A stretch of DNA of 64,000 nucleotides. Source: Malacoraja senta (lineage: Eukaryota). The stretch is from NCBI GenBank assembly GCA_038087875.1, contig CM075988.1, positions 27,282,001 through 27,346,000 of the forward strand. Direction: 5' to 3'. The notes beneath the pieces are model-generated. The model made no database searches, was not told the origin of the DNA, and was given only the letters and a program-made list of their open reading frames with translations. Shown here piece after piece: positions 24,861 through 36,632 of the stretch (position 1 is the stretch's first letter; every line of letters starts with the position of its first letter). The position numbers and the translations under genes were made by a program.

Positions 24861-27766
24861 TCTACTTCTATGTCATGTCGCTACACTTTTCCAAGCCACT
24901 GCATAACACAGGCTCTGGCACGTGGGTTGAAGACCTTGAGATCCTCTGGTTTGCGGGGCTCTGGGAGGAGGGGGCAGGTAAGTAGGTGCTTCATAGTTTG
25001 GGTCGTCTCCCCGCAGTCACATTCAGTTGGTCAATCGTTGTTGTACCCCCACTTCTGCATGAGGGCTTTGCACCGTCCGACCCGTGTTCTGAGGCGTTTG
25101 AGGCAGAGCCAGACTGACCATATCTCTTTCTCTCCCAATGGAAGGGAATTCTCAGGGTATAGTGTCAATGCGTGGGGTTTTGATTGTAGCGGTGTCACCC
25201 AAGGTGTGGGGGTTATCATCCAGGGGTTGAACTGCATGTAGGAAGCTATTTCTGGATTTTAACCTCTGGATGTGTTGGAAGAGTGGGTGACAAGGGTCAT
25301 CCTCCTGCTTGCTGCGTTCCACTAGGCAAGGTAGGCACTGCGTACCCCGACTAAAATTATGAAATGGCAATTATTAAATATAAATAGTTAAAGCATGGGA
25401 GAATTATGCCTATCTAAGAGATCGATCGGTTTTTCAAATATGGATTGTCATCATTTTAAGAGTATCTTTGGAAACAAAGAGTGAAGAATGGAGTTCGTGT
25501 ACCAATAATGTGGTAAGTACATTTCTTGGTGCTTTATGTTTTTAAATACAGTATTTCCCGGGGGGGGGGGGAAGAGAGCTCCTTTCACAGCGTTTGGGGA
25601 GTCTGGCCCGGGGTAAAGTTGCGGGGAGGGCAGGAGCGTTGTGAAGGAGGGGATCGGGGCCAGTAACCCACTTGCAATGCTCCGGGCATGAAGCCAACAC
25701 ATTGTGGCCGGGGAGTGAATTAGCTCGGGTGGCTGCGAGTGGCCACCGGGACTGGACAGCCCCTTCTGCCGGTCCCCACTCACTTCAGGCAGTGCTCTCA
25801 GCCTGAAAACCTTTCTCCTGCCGCTCGCCGGCCTCACTCATGTCAGCCGTTTCCCGCAAATCCTTAACTTCCGACTGCACGCTCAGGGGACCAGTTGAAG
25901 TTACTTGGCTGTCGGAATTTAAGGATTTGCGGGAAGCGGCTGACATGAGCGAAGCCGGCGAGCGGCAGGTGAGAGATGTTCAGACGGAGAGCACTGCCAG
26001 AGGTGAGCCGTCCGGCAGAAGGCGCTGAAGTGGCAGCCGGTTCTGCTGTCGGGTCCTGGCGGCCCTTCGCAGTCACCCGAGCTGCTTCCTTCCCCGGAAG
26101 TGGTGGCCAGTTCTGCTGTCCGTGCCCGGAGCGCTGCGGCGAGTGAGTGACATGATCTCCGACCCCCTCCTTCTCATCACTCCTGCCCTCCCCGTATCTT
26201 TAACTCCTGGCACAGACTCTCCACACGCTGTGAAAGGAACTCTCCCTCCAATTGGTCCCTTGAATTAGTATTGTCATTCAATAAGATGACTACTGATTCA
26301 ACGTCCCGGTGTGCTCCCGTTTTTCCCTCCATCTCTCCACCTGCCTGCATCCTCCGTCCACGGCACATTCAGTAATTACAAAATGAAGGAGATTTAGAAG
26401 CCTTGGAAAAATTGAATTGTTACTTATTTTTAATTTTTACGGAGAGAACAATCTGCGCTTGCACGGTTTAAGATTTTTTTTCAAGCCGACTGACTGCCTA
26501 CCTTGAGTAATTACTCACGGCACGTGCCTGCACAGCAGGTACAGGTCGTCAACTTGTGTGGGCTTGAGGCAGCCAAAGATGGTTATGCATGCTGCTTTTA
26601 GCACCGGATCCAACTTCTTGGCACGTGCAGAACATCCCCAGACTGTCCCCAGGCATATTCGGCTGCTGATTAACATAGTGCAAGGGCTACAGATTCCTGG
26701 ATTCTGTTCCTGCAGGTTCCTGGATTTGATCCCCATTTAAAGTTTGCCAGCTTTCTCAGTATGTTATCTTTGCTTTTGTCTTGCTGACATGGTCTTTGTA
26801 GCTCCTGGGTAACTCCTAGGTATATGGGTTTGGCCGAGTAGGCTAGACTCTTCCCATACCAGTGAACAGTTAATTTGTGGTTTGCAGCATGGTTCCTGAG
26901 GTGGATGGCGCTAATTTTTGTTTTGTCTGCGTTTGCCCGTAAATGATTTAGGGCGTAGTAGTTGGTAAGGCCATCTAACACTTCAGTGAGGGACTTCTCA
27001 AGTTCTGCGAAGGACTGACACTGAGATGCAATACAGAGGTCATCAGCATACAGGAAGCTCCTGGTACTTGGGTGGATGGGTTGGTCGTTGGTGTAAATGT
27101 TGAAAAGCAGAGGGGCAAGACACTGCTTTGAGGAAGCCCATTCTTTTGTCTGCACCATCTGCTGCGATCACCCCTGAGGTCCACAAAGAAGCATCTGTTC
27201 TCCAGCATGTTTTGGATCAGAGCTGTCAGACTTGCATCCTTTATGTTCTTGGATAGGTTTTGCACCAATGGTTGACTGTGTCAAAGGCCGCTGACAGGTC
27301 TACAAAAGCGGCACCAGTGATAAGTTCTTTCTCGTATGCATCCTCAATTAATTGGGTCAGATTCAGGAGCTGGCTTGTGCAGGACTTTCCAGGTCTGAAG
27401 CCTGCTTGTTCTGGAACTTGTTCACTGCTGGTCCGTGATGGGGCCCAGGCAATTCAAGAGTAGCCTCTCAAATAATTTATGGATCAGGGCAGGGAGGTGG
27501 GTCGGAAGTTCTTGGGGTCGGCTGGATCTTTTCCAGGCTTCAGTATAGCCACTATCTTTGCTCGTCTCCACATCTTTGGTAGCTTGTTGATTCTGAGACA
27601 ACTGTTTGATTAGGTCAAGAAACCATTGCTTGGTCTGGTCCTAGGTGTTTGACTTGTTCACATAGAATGTCATCGAGTCCAGCTGCTTTGTTGTTCTTCA
27701 TTACTTAGATGCCAAGGAGGAGTTCACCCATGGTGAAGGGTCTGGTAAGGTTAGTATCCCCTGGTT
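24861..27766 (-). mobile_element. RTE-X clade LINE, 5'-truncated and degenerate
   Basis: 8-bp TSD agcaactg (24853-24860 / 27767-27774); RT motifs QAGFRPGKSC, AFVDLSAAFDTV, PLLFNIYTND, FLYADDL; C-terminal WLCLKRLRTRVGRCKALMQKWGY; tail ...ATAGAAGTAGA. Confidence 0.88.
25321..26530 (+). mobile_element. hAT-type non-autonomous element (left end truncated) inside the RTE-X
   Basis: Right terminus cggcacgtgcctg; left part matches the element starting caggcacgtgccg at 35818. Confidence 0.7.
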
Positions 27767-28997
27767 AGCAACTGGTGATGTCCATGAATCGCAGACTTCA
27801 AGCAGTCGTTGCATGCAAAGGATATGCAACAAAATACTAAACATGACTACATTCATTTACATGACATTGCTGTGTCCCAAACATAATGGTGCCCTGAAAT
27901 AGGGGGACTATGTATAAACACTGATGTAATTTCTGCATGATGAAACCAAAATAAAAATGGCCTTTATTAAAATCTGACAATGTGCACTTTATAGACAATA
28001 GGTGCAGGAGTAGGCCATTCGGCCCTTCAAACTGGCACCGCCATTCAATGTGATCATGGCTGATCATCCCCAATCAGTACCCCGTTCCTGCCTTCTCCCC
28101 ATATCCCCTGATTCTGCTATCTTTAAGAGTCCTATCTAGCTCTCTCTTGAAAGTATCCAGAGAACCTGCCTCCACCGCCCTCTGAGGCAGAGAATTACAG
28201 ACTCATAATTCTCTGTGTGAAAAAGTGTTTCCTCATCTCCGTTCTAAATAGCTTACCCCTTATTCTTAAACTGTGGCCCCAACATCGGGAACCACATCAT
28301 TTTTTTCTATTACAAATTCAAATTGCGGAGTACAGAGGCAAATAAATAAATGATGGCTCTTTATCCCAAACATTATGGAGGGCACTGTAAATCCATACAA
28401 CCACCACACTATGTTAATAAGATTTCTAGGGGTTATTTTTTAAAATATACAAAATACCCTCCAAATGCAGAATAATACTATGTTCACTACTCAGTTACAG
28501 AAATATGCATAAAACCACCATCCACAACTAAGTGAATTTGGCGAGACCCTGTGAATAATCAAATCAAAGTAGGAATACAGGTTAAATTGATGCCACCTAC
28601 TGTTCAGAATGTGCTCAGTTCACATGAGTTTCTTCCAGATCTTTTAAGCACATTAGAAACCCAAACATGTTGGTGCAGTTAAAGATTACATTACTTTATC
28701 CTCCTCTGCATCAAAAGTAACTACTTCAGAATTAGAATCAATTGAAATTCCCAATAAGCAAGGCAAGAAAATTCAACCCATGTCACAGAAACAGCTGTGA
28801 TTTCAAAATATGGTTCTAATCCTCGTTAACACAATTAAGTCACCAATTCAAATTATATCAAAGGCTGGAGATATGGAACAGTCTCCAATTGTTTTAAACA
28901 TAGTAGAAAATTGATCATAATTGCTGGATAAGCAAATGTTTTACAAATCTTTGACATGCTATTCAAATAATAAGTGAAGCAACATCTAGTTACACAC

Positions 28998-29167
28998 CTA
29001 GTCGCCTAAAACTTGGCACAAAGTCTACGAAGGTTGCAGCTCCATTGCACAAAGGACTTGGAAGCCGATACTGGAATTGGTGTCCAAGCGTGATCAAATG
29101 GTGAGCAATGTACATGCAATTGTTGTGGTGTATAGCAGCTAGCTGGGGCAACTTCTGCAGAGTCTCC
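28998..29167 (-). CDS. ZW10: ZW10 exon 12 (170 nt)
   Basis: [56 protein letters not shown]; hallmark [12 protein letters not shown] motif; acceptor caaatag, donor CTAG|gtgtgt. Confidence 0.97.
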
Positions 29168-29634
29168 CTATTTGAAAATAAGAATGGATGAATTAGAATC
29201 TACTATAATGTAGTATCTTCCTGAAACTACACAACAATGTAGGTATTTAATAAATATACAAAGCCATTTTAAAATAACAGTGAAGGATACAAAGATCAAG
29301 TGCAGTTCCGATCCGAAACATCACCTATCCATGTTCTGCAGGGATGCTACCTGACCCACTGAGTTGTCAATCTTAGTGGAAATCAGGTTTTGTTACTGCT
29401 GACATTAACACAACAGTAAGAAGCAGCAAGAAAATACATGCTTTACCCAACTAATTGCCAGTTGGGAACATAAATCCAACCCATAAGAGAACTGTCCTCG
29501 AGTTTAGAAAGTGACTTCATGAAAGCTCAATAATTGACTGGATACATGCATGCAGATCATTTCTCCTCTCTGCCATGTCTGGGGTTGGAACTGTAATTAG
29601 GTCAATATGTGTGGGTATTTGGTCATTACGCAGA

Positions 29635-32600
29635 TATAACCATATAACCATTACAGCACGGAAACAGGCCATCTCGGCCCTTCAAGTCCGTGCCGAATAT
29701 TATTATTATTTTTTTATAATAAATACTTCCCCCTAGTCCCATCTACCTGCACTCAGACCATAACCCTCCATTCCTTTCCCGTCCATATACCCATCCAATC
29801 TATTTTTAAAGGATAAAATCGAACCAGCCTCCACCACTTCCACTGGAAGCTCATTCCACACAGCTACCACTCTCTGAGTAAAGAAGTTCCCCCTAATGTT
29901 ACCCCTAAACTTCTTAATTCTCAAGTCATGTCCCCTTGTTTGAATCTTCCCTACTCTCAATGGAAAAAGCTTATCCACGTCAACTCTGTCTAACCCGCTC
30001 ATAATTTTAAAGACCTCTATCAAGTCCCCTCTTAACCTTCTGCGCTCCAAAGAATAAAGACCTAACTTGTTCAACCTTTCTCTGTAATTTAGTTGCTGAA
30101 ACCCAGGCAACATTCTAGTAAATCTCCTCTGTACTCTCTCTATTTTGTTGACATCCTTCCTATAATTAGGCGACCAAAATTGTACTCCATACTCCAGAAT
30201 TGGTCTCACCAATGCCTTGCACAATTTTAACATTACATCCCAACTTCTATATTCAATGCTCTGATTTATAAAGGCCAGCACACCAAAAGCTTTCTTTACC
30301 ACCCTATCTACATGAGATTCCACCTTCAGGAAACTATGCACAGTTATTCCTAGATCCCTCTGTTCAACTGCATTCCTCAATTCTCTACCATTTACCATGT
30401 ATGTCCTATTTTGATTTGTCCGGCTGAGATGTAGTACCTCACATTTATCAGCATTAAACTCCATCTGCCATCTTTCAGCCCACTCTTCCAAATGGCCTAA
30501 ATCTCTCTGTAGACTTTGAAAATCTACTTCATTATCCACCACACCACCTATCTTAGCATCATCTGCATACTTACTAATCCAATTTTCCACACCATCATCC
30601 AGATCATTGATGTACATGACGAACAACAGTGGACCCAACACAGACCCCTGAGGCACCCCACTCGTCACCGGCCTCCAACCTGACAAACAGCCATCCACCA
30701 TTACTCTCTGCCATCTCCCATTCAGCCACTGTTGAATCTTGCTACTCCACCATTAATACCCAACAATTTAATCTTCTTAACCAACCTTCCATGAGGAACT
30801 TTGTCAAAGGCCTTACTGAAGTCCATATAGACAACATCCACTGGTTTACCCTCATCAATTTCCCTAGTAACCTCTTCGAACAATTCTAGAAGATTAGTCA
30901 AACATGACCTTCCAGGCACAAATCCATGTTGACTGTTCCTAATCAGACCCTGCTTATCCAGATGCTTATATATATTATCTCTAAGTATCCTTTCCATTAA
31001 TTTGCCCACAACTGACATCAAACTAACAGGTCTATAATTGCTAGGTTTACTCTTAGAACCCTTTTTAAACAACGGAACAACATGCGCAGTACGCCAATCC
31101 TCCGGCACTATTCCCGTTTCTAATGACATTTGAAATATTTCTGTCATAGCCCCTGCTATTTCTACACTAACTTCCCTCAATGTCCTCGGGAATATCCTGT
31201 CAGGACCTGGAGACTTATCCGTTTTCATATTTTTCAAAAGTGTCCGCACCTATTCATTGAATCTCATAGTTTCCATTGCTACTCTGCTTGTTTCCCTTAC
31301 CTCACATAATTCCATATCCTTCTCCCTGGTGAATACCGAAGAAAAGAAATTGTTCAATATCTCCCCCATCTCTTTTGGCTCTGCAGATAGCTGTCCACTC
31401 TGACTCTCTAATGGATCAATTGTATTCCTTGTTATCCTTTTGCTATTAATATAGCTGTAGAAACCCTTTGGATTTACTTTCACCTTACTTGCTAAAGCAA
31501 CATCATATCTTCTTTTAGCTTTTCTAATTTCTTTCTTAATTTTTTTTTAACATTCTTTATACTCCTCAAGCACCTCATTTACTCCATGCTGCCTATAATT
31601 ATTGTAGATCTCTCTCTTTTTCCGAACCAAGTGTCCAATTTCCCTTGAAAACCATGGCTCTTTCCAATTTTTACTATTTCCTTTCAACCGAACAGGGACA
31701 TAAAGATTCTGTACTCTTAAAATTTCACCTTTAAATGTCCTCCATTTCTCTTCTACATCCTTCCCATACAACAACATGTCCCAATTCACTCCTTTTAAAT
31801 CCTTTCGCATCTCCTCAAAGTTAGCCTTTCTCCAATCAAAAATCTCAACCCTAGGTCCAGTTCTGACCCTCTCCATAATTATATTGAAACTAATGGCATT
31901 GTGATCACTGGACCCGAAGTGCTCCCCAACGCTTACCTCCGCCACCTGCCCTGTCTCATTTCCTAACAGGAGGTCCAGCACTGCCCCTTCTCTAGTAGGT
32001 ACCTCTATGTATTGTTGCAAAAAACTATCCTGCACACATTTTACAAACTCCAAACCATCCAGCCCTTTTACAGAATGTGTTTCGCAGTCTATGTGGAAAA
32101 TTGAAATCTCCCACAATCACTACTTTGTGCTTACTACTAATATCTGCTATCTCCTTACATATTTGCTCTTCCAATTCTCGCTCCCCATTTGGCGGTCTAT
32201 AATACACCCCTATAAGTGTTGCTACACCTTTCCCATTTCTCAGCTCCACCCAAATAGCCTCCCTAGACGAGCCCTCTAATCTATCCTGCCAAAGCACTGC
32301 TGTAATATCTTCCTTGACAAGCAATGCAACACCCCCACCTCTTGCCCCTCCAATTCTATCACCCCTGAAGCAACAAAATCCTGTAATATTTAGTTTCCAA
32401 TCACAGCCCTCCTGCAACCATGTTTCACTGATCGCCACATCATACTTCCAGGTGTCAATCCAAGCTCATCCACCTTTCTTACAATGCTCCTAGCATTAAA
32501 ATACACATTTATGAAACCCACCACCGCTTATTCTCTGTTTATTATCTTTTTCTTCTTTCTCCCCTACATTTTGGGTCCGAGTGCTTCCCTTCTCTGCCTC

Positions 32601-32795
32601 CTGCCTCCCACATTTTCTACTATCTTTCTCTATTTGAGTCCCTCCCCCCAACCGTTCTAGTTTAAAGTCTCCCCAGTAGCCTTTGCAAATCTCCCCGCCA
32701 GGATATTGGTTCCCCTCGGGTTCAAGTGCAACCCGTCCTTTCTGTACAGGTCACACCTTCCCCAAAAGAGGTCCCAATGATCCAGAAATTTGAAT
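29635..32795 (-). mobile_element. CR1 LINE: most of ORF2 (APE endonuclease + RT) and end of ORF1, frameshifted
   Basis: [55 protein letters not shown]; 322-aa ORF at 29733-30701; (ATGGTTAT)-type tail. Confidence 0.95.
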
Positions 32796-33078
32796 CGAAG
32801 AGATACAAGGAAGAGACTGGCAGATTTCTGGGCACTAAAGGCATCAGTAATACAGGTAGATGGAGTTGAGGTAAATTGGCCACAATCTTACTGTGGTTGT
32901 ACAGAACACATTAAATTCTTTATTATTTCTTACATTCAACAGTGAATGATTTGATGACCTTGCCAAATAGGTGGAATATGTTAATCAGCAACTCTTGCAC
33001 TACCGTACAAGCAAATGTAATGAATCGATTAAAAAACGGTAATGGAATTAAAAACAAACTTAAAAATGTCAAACTTAC

Positions 33079-33150
33079 TTGTGATATGTCGGAACAACAT
33101 CATAGAACAAGTGGAACATGTTTCTAACAGTGTAGAACAACTGCACAGCG
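33079..33150 (-). CDS. ZW10: ZW10 exon 11 (72 nt)
   Basis: (C)[23 protein letters not shown](K); acceptor gctttttcag, donor CAA|gtaagt; phase 2/2. Missed by the ORF track. Confidence 0.96.
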
Positions 33151-33469
33151 CTGAAAAAGCAAATAAAGTATAAATCAGCTGCTCAAAGATGCAATTCAAA
33201 AGGTTATTGAAACAGTGCATTGGCTGCCTAAATCATCCTGATATTTCCTTGAGTGAACAAAATTGAAGAGTAAACTTGAGCCTGGCTGCTTAGTCAGAGC
33301 CCAAGTCTGACCATGCTTAAGTTTCAGATTGGCTATCAAAAAAATCTTAAACTCAGATCAGATTCCACTGAGCCAGAACTTTAAACAAAATCACTTCATT
33401 GTTCGGTGTTACCATAGAAAATTTACAACACACAGGGCCATTTAACCCATCATGAGTAGGAGAAGGATG

Positions 33470-35643
33470 CAATTTGAGAAGAAGGTTAAATCGGAAATGT
33501 CAGTGATGCAGTTGAACAAAGGGGACTATGAAGGCATGAGAGAGGAGCTAGCCAAGGTAGACTGGAAAGGGATCGTAGCAGGAATGACGGTGGAACAGCA
33601 ATGGCAGGAATTTCTGGGCATAATCCGGAAGACACAGGATCACTTCATTCCAAAAAGGAAGAAAGATTCTAAGGGGAGTAGGAGGCAACCGTGGCTGACA
33701 AGAGAAGCTAGAGATAGAATAAAACTAAAAGATAAGATGTATAACACAGCAAAGAGTAGCCGGAAGCCAGAGGATCGGGAAACTTTCATAGGACAACAGA
33801 AGGGAACAAAACGGGCAATACGGGCTGAAAAGATGAAGTATGAAGGAAAGCTGGCCAGGAATATAACGAAGGACAGTAAAAGCTTCTTTAGATAACTTAA
33901 GGGAAGAAGAGTAGCAAAGTCAAATGTGGGTCCGTTGAAGGCAGACAAGGGTGAAATTATTATGGGTAACAAGGAAATGGCAGAAGAGTTGAACAGGTAC
34001 TTTGGATCTGTCTTCACTAAGGAAGACACAAATAATCTCCCAGATGTACTGGAGGACAGAGGATCTAACACGGTAGAGGAACTGAAAGTAATTTTCAGTA
34101 GACGAGAAATAGTATTGGGTAGGCTAATGGGACTGAGGGATGATAAATCCCCTGGGCCTGATGGTCTGCATCCCAGGGTCCTCAGGCAGGTGGCTCTAGA
34201 AATAGTGGACGCATTGGTGATTATTTTCCAATGTTCGATCGATTCAGGATCAGTTCCTGTGGATTGGAGGATAGCTAACGTTATCCCACTTTTCAAGAAA
34301 GGCGCGAGAGAAAACGGGGAATTACAGAGGTAATAATGGGGCATTTGGATAGCAGTAAAAGGATTAGTCCAAGTCAACATGGATTTACGAAAAGGAAATC
34401 ATGCTTGACTAATCATCTGGAATTTTTTGACAAGTAAAATGCATGAAGGGGTGCCAATGGATGTAGTGTATCTAGACTTTCAGAAAGCCTTTGATAAGGT
34501 CCCGCACGGGATACTGGTGACTAAAATTATAGCATATGGTATTGGGGGTAGGGTGTTGACATGGATAGAAAATTGGTTGACAGACCGGAAGCAAAGAGTC
34601 GGAGTGAACGGGTCCTTTTCAGAATGGCAGGCAGTGGTGAGTGGAGTGCCACAAGGCTCGGTGTTGGGGCCGCAACTGTTTACCATATATATTAATGATT
34701 TGGAAGAGGGAATTAGGAACAACACTAGCAAGTTTGCGGGTGACACAAGGCTGGGTGGCAGTGTTGAACTGTGAAGAGGATGTTAGGAGGTTGCAGGGTG
34801 ACCTGGACAGGTTGAGTGAGTGGGTAGATGCAGTATAATATAGATAAATGTGAGGTTATCCACTTTGGCAGCAAAAATAAGGGGGCAGATTATTATCTCA
34901 ATGGGGTTAGGTTAGGCAAGGGGGGGGGGGGGGTGCAGCGAGACCTGGCGTCCTTGTACACCAGCCACTGAAAGTTGGCGTGCAGGTACAGCAGGCAGTG
35001 AAGAAAGCTAATGGAATGTTGGCCTTCATAACAAGAGGATTTCAGTATAGGAGTAAAGTGGTTCTTCTGCAGTTGTATTAGGCTCTGGTGTATTGTGTCC
35101 AGTTTTGGTCTCCGAATTTGAGGAAGGACATTCTTGTGATTGAGGCAGTGCAGCGTAGGTTCACGAGATTGATTCCTGGGATGGCGGGACTGTCATATGA
35201 GGAAAGAGTGAAAAGACTAGGCTTGTATTCACTGGTGTTTAGAAGGATGAGGGGGATCTTATAGAAACATATAAAATTATAAAAGGACTGGACAAGCTAG
35301 ATGCTGGAAATTTTTTCCCAATGTTGGGCGGGTCCAGAACCGGGGGCCACAGCCGTAGAATAAAGGGGAAGCCATTTAAGACCGAGGTGAGAAAAAACGT
35401 TTTCACCCAGACAGTTGTGAATTTGTGGAATTCCCTGCCACAGAGGGCAGTGGAGGCCAAAGCACTGGATGGATTTAAGAGAGAGTTAGATAGAGCTCTA
35501 GGGGCTAGTGGAATCAAGGGATATGGGGAGAAGGCAGGCACGGGTTATTGATTGGGGACGATCAGCCATGATCACAATGAATGGCGGTGCTGGCTCGGAG
35601 GGCCGAATGGCCTCCTCCTGCACCAATTTTCTATGTTTCTATG
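33470..35643 (+). mobile_element. CR1 LINE ORF2 fragment to 3' tail
   Basis: [34 protein letters not shown]; tail ttctatgtttctatg. Confidence 0.93.
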
Positions 35644-35817
35644 ATAGTCAAACAAAACTAATCCAACCTAATCTCATCTTCCAGTAGCCTTGCTGATCAT
35701 TGTTCAAGTACTATAAAGATCAAATAGTGTAAATATGAATATTAACCTACTTCTCAGAGCAAGTTTCAGACATCTACTAATCTCTGGGTTAACAATTTTC
35801 TGCACCTCCCCTTTAAT

Positions 35818-36632
35818 CAGGCACGTGCCGTCAGGGTAGGCAAGGTAGGCAGTGCCTACCCGGACTAAAATTATAAAATGGTCATATGTAAAACATATAT
35901 AAAATGGTCATAAATAGTAAAGGCACGAGAGAATTAGGCATAATTCTCCCGTGCCTTTCATCCGCAGTACATTTAAAACGCGGACGTATGTGCTACTCAC
36001 GTGCCGTCGACGCTGCTTCAAGCCATCAGTGGGAACGGTCTGTAAAGGCAGCTGAAATTCTGCCTTTACACCATGGACTGCGTGCACGTGCTGCGCACTG
36101 CGCACTGCGCATGCGCAACAGCCTACTGCGCATGCGCAAGTTTCTTGGCGGGTTTTTCAAAGATGGATAGTGATTACCTGAATAGTTTCTCAAAGCAAAC
36201 TTACGATGAAAAGACCAAAATACTTAAAAATGGCAGACCAACGCCGGAACTTAAAGAACTTCAACAGCGCAAAGGAACAAAAATGAGAACATTTAAAACA
36301 GCTTGGTACAACAGGAAACAAAGAGAGAAGAATGGATTTTGTGTACAAATAATATGGTAAGTAAATTTCTTTGACTATATGTTTTTAAATACTTCATTAA
36401 GAGATAGGACCTGTTGAAGACAAATTACTTGATAAAAGTCGAGAAAACAATCTGCGCATGTGCGGTTTCCACGATTTTAAAAGAAAAGCCGACTGACAGC
36501 TCACCGGGAAGAACAATCTGCGCTTGCGCGGATTTCAAGATTTTTTTAAGCCGACTGACAGCTCGCCGGGGAGAGAACAATCTTTCGCATGCACGGTTTC
36601 CACGATTTTTTTTAAAAAGCCACATTATTAGG
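35818..36632 (+). mobile_element. hAT (Tip100/ZMYM1-like) element left end with transposase N-terminal remnant
   Basis: Terminus caggcacgtgccg; from ATG 36163, MDSDYLNSFSKQTYDEKTKILKNGRPTPELK...RTFKTAWYNRK resembles the lead-in to a TTF-type zinc finger. Confidence 0.6.

Larger units (their letters stand above)
23131..28387 (+). mobile_element. Tc1/mariner transposon (degenerate transposase) carrying four nested insertions
   Basis: TIRs cagtgccctccataatgtttggga / tcccaaacattatggagggcactg-ta; HTH region (ISQTLGLPKSSVWNIIKK, RPGRTRKTSTADDR), QQDNDPKH, WPNQSLDLNPIE, and C-terminus VMSMNRRLQAVVACKGYATKY at ~27775-27840. Confidence 0.93.
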
